Position numbers and translations under genes: made by a program. A DNA stretch of 63,304 nucleotides, the filler included, from Basidiobolus ranarum (Eukaryota), in assembly GCA_040143965.1 (NCBI GenBank). It is 21 parts of 21 records of this genome, joined end to end, with 100 filler letters (N's around TTAATTAATTAA, not from the genome) between each part and the next. Parts side by side here need not be neighbours in the genome. Positions count along the whole stretch, not along the records: positions 51,364 to 54,274 come from JASJQH010009748.1; positions 54,375 to 57,285 come from JASJQH010009749.1; positions 57,386 to 60,296 come from JASJQH010009750.1; positions 60,397 to 63,304 come from JASJQH010009751.1; 17 more parts are not named here. One strand, 5' to 3'. The notes under the pieces were generated by a model, which was not told the DNA's origin, did no database searches, and was given only the letters and a program-made list of their open reading frames with translations. Each line of letters starts with the position of its first letter. Position 1 is the stretch's first letter. Positions 51,787-63,304 of this stretch are shown piece by piece.

Positions 51787-53874
51787 ATTTTAAATAAACA
51801 AGTATAACTGTTTTCTTGTTTGTCCCTTGCTAAACATATAGGAAGCAAGATAATATGTTCATTGACTTTGTTCTAACTCTTTTATCATCCTTGCTCCTTA
51901 CCCTTAACTTAGTAATTGTTTTGATATTGGTGCTTATGACTATAGCAATACTTACAGCTGCTTGCTTCTTTCCTCATCTCATTATACCAAGCTGAATCCT
52001 CTATGAAACAAAAGGTTACTGTAGAAGCCATGTGAACTTATGGAAGATACTACATTATTGATCATAGACAATTGCTACCATAAGCCAGTATTTGCTCTGG
52101 AGCAAATATTATAGTACTCGATGGCAACAACCATGATTAGGTTTTCAAAATGTCCTTGTCTTCTGTTTTAGTGCCCTCCTATTTACTCCATACTTGGCAT
52201 GGAAGAGTAGGCATCTACACCCACTGGAAACAAAATTTAAAATACACAAATTAACAAACCTGAATTAGAAAATTGGAGCCTGGAACAGATTTGAATTTAT
52301 TTTGCATAGATGTAATGTTCACAATATCTGAAGTAAATGTAGCACTTATAAAATTTGGAAAAGCATAAGGTTGCTTACTGTTAAATTACATTATTGAAGA
52401 TCTATAGTTACTTGATGGGAAATTTGAATACTTTTAAACAACTTGAAAATGTTTTTCCCATTCAAGCATGTCTGCAAGTTCAAAGTATAATCAAAACATG
52501 TTACAAAGTTGGCTTTTGAGCTCACTAATAGAATATATGTAGCACCACATTATGAGACCATTTTGGTGAAAAATGATCAAATACAACACTTTCTTCCCTA
52601 TTTTTTTTAAGCAAGCTCTACTTCATTCAGTTTCAAACTATTAAAAGCTTAGTTAACATAGCCAATGTTGGAGCCAACCAACAGTGAAAGCAACTTAATA
52701 TTGTTATCTTGCATATGACACAATTGAGACTTTATTGCTTACTGTCATTTTCACTCAGAATAAGATGTCTAGAGCTAAGAGATGTCCACCGTATCGTGAA
52801 TCATTCTACTAGAAAACAACAGTTAAAATTTGTTCTATGGCACATTAAATAGATATCAAATAGTTTATTCTTTTCGAACAATTAGTACATCTATGGTGAT
52901 ATCAGTAAAGAGCTTAGTTCAGCATTTCATGCTTCCACTGCATCCAGTATCCCTTTTTGAATCAATTTGTTACCCTAGTTGTTATTCATGAGGAGGTGGC
53001 TTCCTAATTTTACTATTGAAATGCATGAGTCTACCTCTCTTACCATAGACAAAGCTGCATGTAATGAATCTCTCATTGATACGGTTTTGTAAACTTCCAG
53101 CAAAAAGTGGCAAAATTCCAGATATTGAGAGAAATAGGGTTGAATTAGTCAACATTGAAATATGAAGTTTTTACAATCGAGTAAAGTACCCGTTTCAAAA
53201 GTATCGGTAAAATAATGGCATCATGAATTTTATCCCTTGAATACCTTGTCCTTTTTCCCATCTAACTCTCACCAACCTCCGGTTGCCAACCATCTGGAAG
53301 CTGAAAGTGCTTTATGCCAAAATCAAGCTCAAGCTCATTCTCTCTCTGCTCTCTCTTTCAGTATCAGATAGCTATTCAGAACACCACTTCTCATTCAGAT
53401 CAAAAGTCACATGAAATTTGGAATACTTGCAATCAAATTTACCACGCATCTGCTCCCTTTCAGATATGAATTCGTATTTATTTACCTGCCTCAGCTACTT
53501 TAATATCCTGTTACTTGTCCTCTACCTGAACTGCAGCCAAATATATTTCTTTGTACCATACAAAATCTAAGAAGAAGCATAGAAGCTATGTTCTCTCTCT
53601 ACCTAGGCCTTCTTTCAATGCCTTGTCACTATTGCTTTATCTGAAAGTTATTATCTGAGAAAGTGTGTCAAAAATATATCCTGGCAAATGAGTACACAGC
53701 TATAGAAAGATGCGTTAACACTAGTAGCTATCGTAAACGTAACTTACCAGAGTGTAAACATACCTTAACGTATCATACTTTTTTTTTAAAAAATGAATTT
53801 ATTGGTTTTGCCTTTAGGTCTTTCCAGAGGTATACGTACTAAAAGACCACATATGTATAGATGTTGAAATGTAC

Positions 53875-54274
53875 TTATTGACCGAAAAATCTTTTGTATA
53901 ATTCAGCCGCTTTTCCAGCTCCACTGTGATCAGAGGTATCATAGCCAGCTCCTCCGCCATTGCCTCCAGAGCCACCTCCATTACCACCAGCTCCACTGCC
54001 AGGGCCATACGCTCCTCCTCCATTACCACCGCTTCCTCCTCCATTTCCACCTGAGCCACTGCCGGTGTCATATGCTCCAGCGCCTCCGCCATTACCACCA
54101 CTTCCCCCTCCATTGCCACCAGAGCCACCACCGTTTCCTCCAGCTCCACTTCCAGCGCCATTCGCTCCTCCTCCATTGCCACCTGCGCCGCTACCGGTGT
54201 CATATGCTCCAGCACCTCCGCCATTACCACCACTTCCTCCTCCGTTGCCACCTGAGCCACCACCGTTTCCTCCA
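53875..54274 (-). CDS. Glycine-rich repeat protein, C-terminus, 5'-partial; this frame is absent from the ORF track
   Basis: Open frame of GGNGGG(S/A) repeats with AGAYDTGSG spacers, ending GYDTSDHSGAGKAAELYKRFFGQ*. AATAAA about 75 nt past the stop. Confidence 0.75.
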
Positions 54275-54374
54275 NNNNNNNNNNNNNNNNNNNNNNNNNN
54301 NNNNNNNNNNNNNNNNNNTTAATTAATTAANNNNNNNNNNNNNNNNNNNNNNNNNNNNNNNNNNNNNNNNNNNN

Positions 54375-55029
54375 ACTAGTCTAGCCTTTATCTCTATATA
54401 CTGTCATCAGTGTTGAATTTAACTCCTAACACCCATCAGCAGCCAATTAATTTTCTATCATCAGGTAAGTTGGTTAAAATCCAAGTTTGGTTATCAATTA
54501 AGGCCTGGTACTTGTCTGCCATTGCAGATCTCCAAAATCTCATGTGAGGGCCATTCCGGGCCTCTTTTACAGACCATGGCTCATGTACTGCACTGTGCAG
54601 GCATAAGCCCAATTTTGGAACTCATTAATAAAGTAATTGGGACGATTTCCGATTATATTTGATCTCCTGTTTTGGAATAAAGGTACCATAACTTCTGACA
54701 TTGTATTGGGCACTTTGGTAGGCAGAGTTTTAGTTGAAGGGCTCACAGGAGTGCTACTTTGCTTATTGTTTTGGTTTGAATGAATTTAAATGATAAGATC
54801 AGGAGAAAATTGATTTTCATTGCAATCTGAGATCATTTTGGGTTAAACTCTTCCATTTTCATTACACAAAACTTCCCTGGACTTGATTAACTTCCAAATT
54901 TTAGTATCATAGAGTCTTTAGGCCTTAGTTTGAGTACAACAACCCATCAATTTACATTTCTTACTTTTTGGATCAAATTTAGACCAATTTTTGTTCATAA
55001 TTTCAACATGAATAATGCATCCTAAGATC
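54375..55029 (-). mobile_element. Decayed copia integrase C-terminus to RT start; the upstream integrase piece is at about 56308-56465
   Basis: ILGCIIHV..SKFDPKSKKCKLMG..RLYD, and separately TAPYSPQQNGVAKRANRTIIEMARS, split by inserted repeats. Confidence 0.75.
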
Positions 55030-55407
55030 TATTGGGAAAATATGGGCTGTCTGGAGGAACTTTAGAAAAGTGGAGTTGCAAATAGCCTTGTGAGATAATT
55101 ATTTATTCTCCAGAAATAAAGCATTCATACATTTTGGTAGAAATACAGAAAACTAACACTGGGGTTGTGTTCAGAACATCTGTGGGAGTAACATGAGCTA
55201 TCTTGGGGGTAATTTGGACAAGTTTGAAATTTCCAATATGGAATTGCTAATTCTCACATTATTCACATAAATGTATAATATATGTTCCAATTTTCAGCTA
55301 AGTGATATTTGACTAAGTAATATTTACTAACTTGTATGTGATATATGAAATAGTTAAGTGTATCAAGATAGAGATAACAAATATGATAAAGACACTAAAC
55401 TTCAACA
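55030..55407 (-). repeat. Complete copia LTR type A (378 bp)
   Basis: Reverse complement of 60936-61313 and the same length. Confidence 0.85.
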
Positions 55408-56559
55408 CTACATTGGGGGGGGGAAGTTTTAAAACAACAAGTTTCTCTAGGAATGATAATCACAATACAATGTCCATCATTCTGTTAAAGAAATGATTGG
55501 TGCCTTGACAAAGAATATGCTGGTATCAACATCCTTTGATCTTGATCTAGTACTAAAGCTTCTTTGATCAAAAACAACTGTAAACTCAAACAGTACTGTC
55601 TTGACAAGGATGCACCTAGAGCAATTATCCAAAGGTGGAGGATATCTTTGCCTTAGCAGGGAAGCTTGGGAAAGATGGGTAATAAGAGGGAAGCTAACAT
55701 TGGGGGGCTTCAAGGTTGGAGAAGAGGGATGGAGAGAAGTCTACAGGCAGGTGTAAGTAGTCTGATCAAACTGTCACAATAAGGACCTGGACAAGGACTG
55801 AAAACAGAGACAAGAGGCTGGAAAGCAGGAGAGTACTTGGGTGTAGACCACAAGGCAAGACAAAACAAGACTAGACAGGGAAGATACTTTGGCAAGAATC
55901 TTTATTGATAACTGGCATTGATCAGACTGAGGTCTGATGAAGGAATAGATGGAGCTTATATAGATGTTGCAGGGTGAAACATAATATACTGAATAGGGAA
56001 TATACTGTGGCAAGTTCAAGTATTGGAGTGGTCTGGATTACAAGGACCAATACAAAGAGGGATGGTGCAAGGATGATAAGGTGATATTCCTTGGAAGGTC
56101 TTGGTGGAAATACACTATGTGTGAGATGCCAAGATTGGTTAGGTTTCATGGAATGTTCCAAAGAACATGACTTCAATATAAAGTTACCTGGATGAACTAG
56201 CACAAGATTGCTGAGAAAGGATGGCATAGCAAATAAGATGTGATGTCATAATTTAATAATAGAAGAGTTATATATGCAGTGGATGAGTATGCTGAGATGA
56301 GAATCATGAAAGATCTTGCCATTTCTATTATAGTCCTGTTAGCTCTTTTGGCAACTCCATTTTGTTGAGGTGAATAGGGGGCAGTAGTTTCTTGCTTAAT
56401 TCTATAAACTTTGCAAAATTGCTTAAATAGTCTTGAGGTATATTCTCCACCATTATCAGTATTTATTTTCTGATGGATAAGATCTTAGTGAACTTTCAGA
56501 TAATTAGTACTAAGCTATATATGACTATATAGGTGTTTAGGTAATGCTAATTTCATCAC

Positions 56560-57020
56560 TATTTCCACCAGAGATTTGTTTCCACATACCCCCTGCTTTC
56601 TTATTATACTGTGAGAACTGCATTGGCCAAACCACCTGCTTTTTTTACTATTCTCCCCTTAGCATGTAGACACTATACCATCAGAAGTGGCCCATCACAC
56701 CTTCTTCAAAACCACAATCATGCTGGAAATCATTCCAAGCTGCTCCTTGAATGTTTGAATTACTTGACAGCTGCATGAAAAAAAAGAGCCTAAGATTGTT
56801 TTTACTGACCTCCAGTTAGTTATTCTTGACTATTCCAGCAATGTATCCCATTGTCCATTTGTTGTACCCAGAATTCATTCCTTTTGTCTACCATCTGTCC
56901 CCTTAAACATATTTACATCCTCAGAGCTTCAAGATATTGGTCAAAGTGTCCTAGATGTCACTTTGGTGAGATTGGTATATAAGCTAAATAGAGTTTACAT
57001 CAATAGGTGCTTTCATCCCA
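56560..57020 (+). mobile_element. Homolog of the 12115-12780 repeat with a GIY-YIG-like remnant
   Basis: Shares CACACCTTCTTCAAA..ATCATGCTGGAAAT and the end GGTGCTTT(T)CATCCCC. The upstream frame reads ICFHIP..YCENCIGQTT. Confidence 0.45.
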
Positions 57021-57385
57021 TATTAATATATGGACTAATGAATTTCCAAGAATTTGTGTTCTCAGATTCACTCTTAGTTAGTATGCTAATTTGTATTTAC
57101 CTAGTAACACCATTTTTGTAGCAACACAAATTGCTCATTGGAGAGTGACTTGTCCAGGGATAATATTTGGGTGATACATTGCCTTTGCTTGTGTTACTAC
57201 AACACACAAGCAGTATTCTCAAAATACACAGAGGACTTGTTCTCTGTGATAGTGCCAGATTGTGCTGTATATATTGTATTGGATANNNNNNNNNNNNNNN
57301 NNNNNNNNNNNNNNNNNNNNNNNNNNNNNTTAATTAATTAANNNNNNNNNNNNNNNNNNNNNNNNNNNNNNNNNNNNNNNNNNNN

Positions 57386-58260
57386 TTTTTCAATATATGA
57401 TAGTTCAAGATCTTAGTATCTATTGTCATATAAGAAGGGATAAAGCCTTTTCGCAGTGGGAAGCAGTTAAACGATTTCATATTATTCTCTTCACATATTT
57501 TTGCGAGCATATAAAATGCGCGTAAATGCTGCTGCAGGTTTGCTTTGGCGTCGTAGTAAACAGAGCCCTTTGCAAACTTGTAGTTGTCTGGGTAAACATC
57601 CAAAAAGTTTTAAATTTGATGCACAGCCAAGTCATCCAAGAAATTTGCCGGGGTAGTTGTTACAGTTCTTGAAGATATTTCTACTTTAATCTTATCGCAG
57701 ACATCAAGTATATTGGCTTTGACTGAAGTTTTTATTTTCTCTTCTGAGCAGCTGTTGTTTTTCATATCTTGAGTCAGCTTCTCAATCTTTCCTTTTTTTT
57801 CGTAAAACCTTGTTTAGAAACATTCTGAGACGATTTCCAAAGTGAAGAGCTACCTTATTAATGTAGGCGGTATGAATCTTGATGCTTTCATAGATTGCTA
57901 TTTGTTGAGCATTCGCCGATTTAATAGGTGCATAGGAAGCAAGTTTACAACATTCTTCTTTATAAGCATTTATTTTCTCTCTCGCCTGACGCACTTTGGC
58001 GGAAAGCCGGGATTCGCCGGTGGTACTTCCATCTCTGACCCGTTTGTCAACAAGAGACAAAAAGACTTCACGAAAAAATCTTTTGTCACACATTCTTTCA
58101 AGCCGAATTCACTGCCTTTGGCAAACTCTTTTATAAAGATGAATTTCAAAAAGGCAAATGTGTGGGTCACAAGGTCGTTCACGTTATGAACCAACTCTTT
58201 TAGTACAGGCCTGTATTGTTCCTTCCATTCAATGGTAGACACTGACATCCTGACAGTCAT
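57386..58260 (-). pseudogene. Fanzor1-like (eukaryotic TnpB-family RNA-guided nuclease) N-terminal half, disrupted and 3'-partial
   Basis: Joined frames give LKELVHNVNDLVTHTFAFLKFIF, YESIKIHTAYINKVALHFGNRLRMFLN, YYDAKANLQQHLRAF and FNCFPLRKGFIPSYMTIDTKIL, the motif series I recognise from fungal and giant-virus Fanzor1. Two frameshifts and one TAA (57610-57612). RuvC is not in the contig. Confidence 0.8.
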
Positions 58261-60396
58261 TAATCTCTTAACGCTTGACGAAGAAGAACTCTTTTCAGCT
58301 TCTTGTAAAAGTAAAAGATATATAAGAACAAAAAAGTGTGACTGCTCATGTATGTTATTTCTTTACCTCCTATGTTTCTTCTTCTGACATAGTGTAATAT
58401 GAAATATTATGTATGTGAGATAAGGTGGAAATAAAGAGAAAGAAGCATGTAAGTTATTTTAAAGACAAATTAGTTTGTTGACGACATGTGGTGATATGAT
58501 CAATTGATCCAGATACGAGATAGCTTAGTTAAAAAACTTACTTCTGTTTGATTCACTTTATGATAAAGTGCATATTTCTATCAAACATAAATTCTTCAAT
58601 ATATATAGTACATAAAAAAAACTAAAACGACTAGTGTTACTGTTGACATTCGTCTGAATGCTTTTCTGTAATTGTCTAATTTTAGGTTAAAGCCTTGTAC
58701 CATAAAATGATTGCACTACTGCACGATAAGTGAGAGGGAAACCTGGTAAAGAGAGCAATACAAAGTGTGAACAATGAGTTTTAGGATAACTAGGGTAAAA
58801 GTCGACTAGAATGAAGATTTGAACCTAAAAATACATTACCTGGCAATTAATTACACCATATACTTACAGTTATTTAAATAATTTTCTGGCATCTCAGGTA
58901 TCCAAATCTTCAAGTATGTGGTTTCTGATTGTCTGTATATAAAATGGCTACTTTGGCTTCTTTATACCACAGTAAGTCTTATTACACTGTGAAGTCGATC
59001 CCAAAATTGGTTAGTCTATGGCGGTCAAAGCGGAATGTAGTGTTGTTTTGAAAATACCGCTATCCTGGCACTGAACTATAGCTATTGCTTTGTGCAACAA
59101 GCAGAAGATTCGTCAAGTTTGTCAGATATAACCATTCTGATTTCAAGATTTGGCTTTGTGAAATAAGCACTTACAATTAAATTAGAAATGAAGACTTACT
59201 TATGGTTGATGCTTAAAATTATCAATATGCGAGTGCCAATTCGTCACCCTACTTCATTCTAAATCCTTATTTCATTTATAGTAGTATTGGTTCGTGTAAA
59301 TACTCTGATCAAATCAAGAATAGAGTTAACTACTCTTCCAACTGTATTCTCGCTGCGACTATGCTCTACAACATCGTCCTGTGCGAAGCCGCATCCATAC
59401 GTATCACAAGCAAATATGTATCAAAAACATAACACGGACCCTCTTCACCCGCAAAGCTTGTTTATCCAATAGATGCTGGTATTCTTCTCGTTCGGCCTGC
59501 TCAAGTATCTGGGGGCGATATTTGGATGTTAACAGTACTTGGATAGGGTGCAGTGCATACACCATTTGAACTCCAATTGTAGCAGCTTCAATGAATGAGT
59601 ACTCCAGGTATTAGTACGTATTAGTCTGAGCCAATGTGCTTATTGTCTGGCACTTCACTCAGACATGTACGCGTCACACGAAGTCCACAAATCACGACGA
59701 TACAGAGTAAAACCGTCTGACTTGTTGATTGCCATTTTCTTCAACATCCAAGTCTATGGATGAGACCGAGAAGTAGTCTCATACTATGTTTTATTTACGA
59801 TCACTGCCCATTGTTAAGATTCATCCAACGTTTCCACTCCTACTTCACATATTGAATGATTGCTATCGCTTTATTTGGGACTCACAATTCCTACTCCTTT
59901 CTGCTAGCTATAGAGTAGGCTGTGGGATTGCAGTGATCATGTAGTGGTGATAAATCTGTATACCTGAACATACACTATTGCAACTAATGACCAATATCCC
60001 TTTTTCAAGAATCAAGTTATAGCAGGTGTTAAACTTGGACGCTGATATAAGGAGGTGGTTTCAAAGTGACTTCCCATATCGAGCATACGGTTTATTGCAT
60101 AGGGGCAGCTTTGCGGGTGATTCTTAGTAAGTCCCAACATTGATATTGGATCATTAAATTGATTTCGCCGCTTTGATGGAGTACACCACATTCTATTGTG
60201 ACTGACAGAGTTGCATGAAGTGGCTTGTTTGCCAAGATCAAGGATGGTTCAACTTCTTTCGTACTGGGACCGATGCACTCACTATCATTGTATTGGNNNN
60301 NNNNNNNNNNNNNNNNNNNNNNNNNNNNNNNNNNNNNNNNTTAATTAATTAANNNNNNNNNNNNNNNNNNNNNNNNNNNNNNNNNNNNNNNNNNNN

Positions 60397-61313
60397 TGCA
60401 ATGACTGGAACCCAGCCAGATATCTCTATTGCAGTGGGAGTAGTCAGCCAACATGTGCAAAACCCAGGATCTGAGCATTAAGCAGCAGTTAAGCGGATTT
60501 TCAGATATTTGAAGGGGAAATTGATCTGGGATTAATATACATATATTATTATAAGAATAAGGATCTAATTGTGTTTAGTGATGCAGATTGAGGATGTGAT
60601 ATTGAGGAGAGAAGATCTATCACTGGACATACCTTTCTCTATAGTGAAGCAGCCATATCTTGGAATAGCAAGAAACAACCCACCAGAGCACTTTCAACAA
60701 ATGAAGCAGAGTACATGGCAGCATCACATACAACAAAGAAGGTTATGTGGCTAAGGAAACTGTTTAAAGACTTGGGCATTATTCAAAGCTATTGAGAATA
60801 AGCATATCCAACTGGAGTACTGTCCAACTGAGGACATGATTGCTGACATCCTTGCCAAACCATTACCCAAGCCTAAATTTGAAGAATTAAGATTTAAATT
60901 AGGATTAAGATATATGAGTATTTAGTCGAGTGGAGTGTTGAAGTTTATTGTCTTTATTATCTTTGTTATCTCTATCTTTATACACTCAACTATTTCATGT
61001 ATCACATATAAGTTAGTTAACATTACCTAGTCAAATATCACTTAGCTGAAAATTGGAACATATATTATATATATATGCAAATAATGTGACAATTAGCAAT
61101 TCCATATTGGAAATTACAAACTTGTCCAAATTGCTCCAAAGATAGCTCATTTTACTCCCACAGATGTTCTGAATGCAGCTCCAGTGTTAGTTTTCTGTAA
61201 TTCCATCAAAATGTATAAATGCTTTATTTCTGGAAAATAAATAATTATCTCCCAAAGCTATTCCCAACTCCACTTTTCTAAAGTTCCACCAAACAGCCCA
61301 TATTTTCCCAATA
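60397..61313 (+). mobile_element. Copia RT end and RNase H, PPT, and complete 3' LTR type A (60936-61313)
   Basis: DMIADILAKPL; GAGTGGAG abuts TGTTGAAG...CCCAATA. Confidence 0.88.
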
Positions 61314-61633
61314 AGGGCAAGGTAGATTGGATGGTGGGTGAATTATGAAACAAGAATGGAATCCATAATTTACAAAGAACAGAGTTTGTTTTGTTGTGGC
61401 ATGATAAGGGTTGTTGTAAGCAAAATCAGTAAGAGGCAAGAGTTTTGTCCAATTATCTTGATTACAGATAATAGTGCATTGCAAATATTGTTCCAAAACT
61501 GGGTATACTCTTTCTGTTTGGCCATCAGATTGAGGATGAAAGGCAGCAGAGAGATTGGTAGAGATAACCAAGGTTTGGAGAAGACTTTTCCAGAATTTTG
61601 AAGCAATCTGAGGTCCTCAGTCAGAGATGACAG
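61314..61633 (-). mobile_element. Ty3/gypsy integrase fragment
   Basis: LSAAFHPQSDGQTERV..LEQYL..QDNW..LPL..FAYNN. Confidence 0.88.
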
Positions 61634-62143
61634 CACCAACAAAAATAAAATCAATTTGATCCAGATTGGATCCACCCATCTGGATTGCAAAACAATCAGA
61701 GAACCATCACAATATTGGTGGCTTGCATTCTGCCAGGTGTTTTGATGGTGTAATGGTGGCTTCTTGACAGTATTTTGACAGTATTCACACATGTTAAAAT
61801 AGTGATCCTCATATTTGGCATGCATTGTTTAATTTCCGGCAATTTTTGCAAAAATATAATTTTTGAATCACAAATTACTGGGCTTACTTCTGTAGGAATA
61901 CAAATTAATATCTATGCCTTTCTTTAGGTATTTTTGGCTTTGTATTCCAGCCATAATGAGAATGAAAAAGTACAAGAATCTTGTTATGTTTAGTCTCTAC
62001 ATATGTACATACTGGACTGATCAGACATAACTCAACAACATCAACATGCTCTACCAGTGAACTAACAGTGGAAAAATTGCTAAACATCTGAAATTTTGAA
62101 TAGCACTGACACTTGGCAAATAGCTGACTCTTGTTACCACTCA
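61634..62143 (-). mobile_element. CACTA 3' terminal region abutting the gypsy integrase
   Basis: CACCAACAAAAATAAAATCAATTTGATCCAGATTGGATCCACCC is the decayed terminus; collinear with 8040-8547. Confidence 0.8.
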
Positions 62144-63304
62144 CTATGACACTAACAGAAACTTGAGGATTGTTATCATAGAAAACCATCACAATTCTAA
62201 TCCATTTGGGATTGACCATTTACCTACCTTCATAAAATTATCAAGTTAGATTTGATTTTAATTAATTATTTCATTTTCAGGAGTGATATTTCAAGATCTT
62301 GCAAAATAGTGGCACATGATTGGCTACAATCTCAGAAAACTATGGATCAACACACGTGCAAAAAACATAACTCAAATTTTACAAAATTACCACTTGAATG
62401 CTAATTGGTTACCTTCAAAATCTCTAGTCTCTTTGATATATTCTTCTGAATATTTTTATAGAGTTCTTCATACCCAAGGTTTAGCTCATACCCAACACAA
62501 GCTTGTATCAATATCACCATCAAAGCCCACCATTGTATTAATGTTGCTGAATCAACATTCTTCCAGCTATCTGGCAGATACCCTGCAATATTGTGCCACT
62601 CTGTAGTAAGTTCTTACCAAATATCTGCACAGTCAATACCAGACTGAATGTCAAATTGAATGTTCTTCTTGTGAAGCCACTTTCTGCATATTTGCACTGC
62701 ATTTTTCCCCTCATACATTTAAAAATACTCCTCAAGCACTTTGACTATTTTTGTATGTCCTTTTAGTGTGATACTACTTTGGGTGCTTTGTGGTGTTTGT
62801 GTGGCTTTTTGCTTGCTTTTAAGTTTGTGGCTAATTTCAACACTTGAAAAAGTGCCAGTTGAGGTTGAAGAGCCATTAGTTTTATTTGCTGGTGTTTTGG
62901 CTTGGTGAGAGAAGCCAGCTGTTGGATAAACTTCCAAGTTTAGCACTCTTCCAGTTGGTGTATGTGGTTCCATGGTGAAATTAAGCTTTCTTGCCAGTAT
63001 ATTGAGCTCTGGAAATGCAGCTCTTTGTAATGGTGTGCCGAATTTGATAAGTGGGGCAGCAGAGCCTAAACTCACTGGCTCCTTTGCTTTCTCCTTGGGT
63101 TTACTCACTTCCTGCTCCTTGAGTACTTCTTTAGCTGCTTTTCTTTCCTTTCCAAGTCAATAATTGCGTACACTTTTGAGATGTTTCATGAATAGGCCTA
63201 TGATAGCCCGATTGCCATTAAGTTGTAAAAACCCAGGATATGCCACATGAAATAAGTCAAGAACCTTCAGAGTAACACCTGGTTTTTGGTTTTTCCATGA
63301 TTAG

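Noticed and set aside
53960-54322. Proline-rich extensin-like ORF on the plus strand, plus ORFs 53814-54263 and 54072-54326
   Set aside because: These are shadow frames of the Gly-rich minus-strand CDS, which has a proper C-terminus, stop and poly(A) signal. The Pro-rich frame starts at TTG and has no signal peptide.
62719-63108. 129-aa Lys/Ser/Thr-rich ORF
   Set aside because: No recognisable motif, and it sits in CpG-poor decayed DNA. Probably a TE remnant, but I cannot assign it.

Overview
This window is not one locus. It is 21 unlinked contigs of about 2.9 kb, sorted by decreasing length (2930 to 2908 bp) and joined by 100-nt N44-TTAATTAATTAA-N44 linkers. The DNA is AT-rich, eukaryotic and fungal-like (short GT-AG introns, fungal-type GAPDH, PARP, heme-thiolate peroxidase, UNC-93 MFS); an early-diverging fungus is my inference. 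Most of it is decayed, nested, strongly CpG-depleted transposons: a CACTA/EnSpm family, several Ty1/copia and Ty3/gypsy families with five recurrent LTR types, and PIF/Harbinger-like fragments. Host genes, mostly cut by contig ends, are PARP, a peroxygenase-family peroxidase, tandem UNC-93-like transporters, GAPDH, an SDR, a ferritin-like protein, a Gln-rich orphan and small or Gly-rich secreted proteins. The best leads are: (1) the disrupted N-terminal half of a Fanzor1-like gene (eukaryotic TnpB-family RNA-guided nuclease) at 57386-58260, which keeps its CpGs; (2) a solo-LTR-like insert carrying a tRNA-derived cloverleaf at 32162-32442; (3) a young/old copy pair in which 12 of 12 CpGs have become TpG or CpA; (4) a possible Penelope-like element with telomere-like 3' ends. 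All family calls come from reading motifs by eye; no database search was run.
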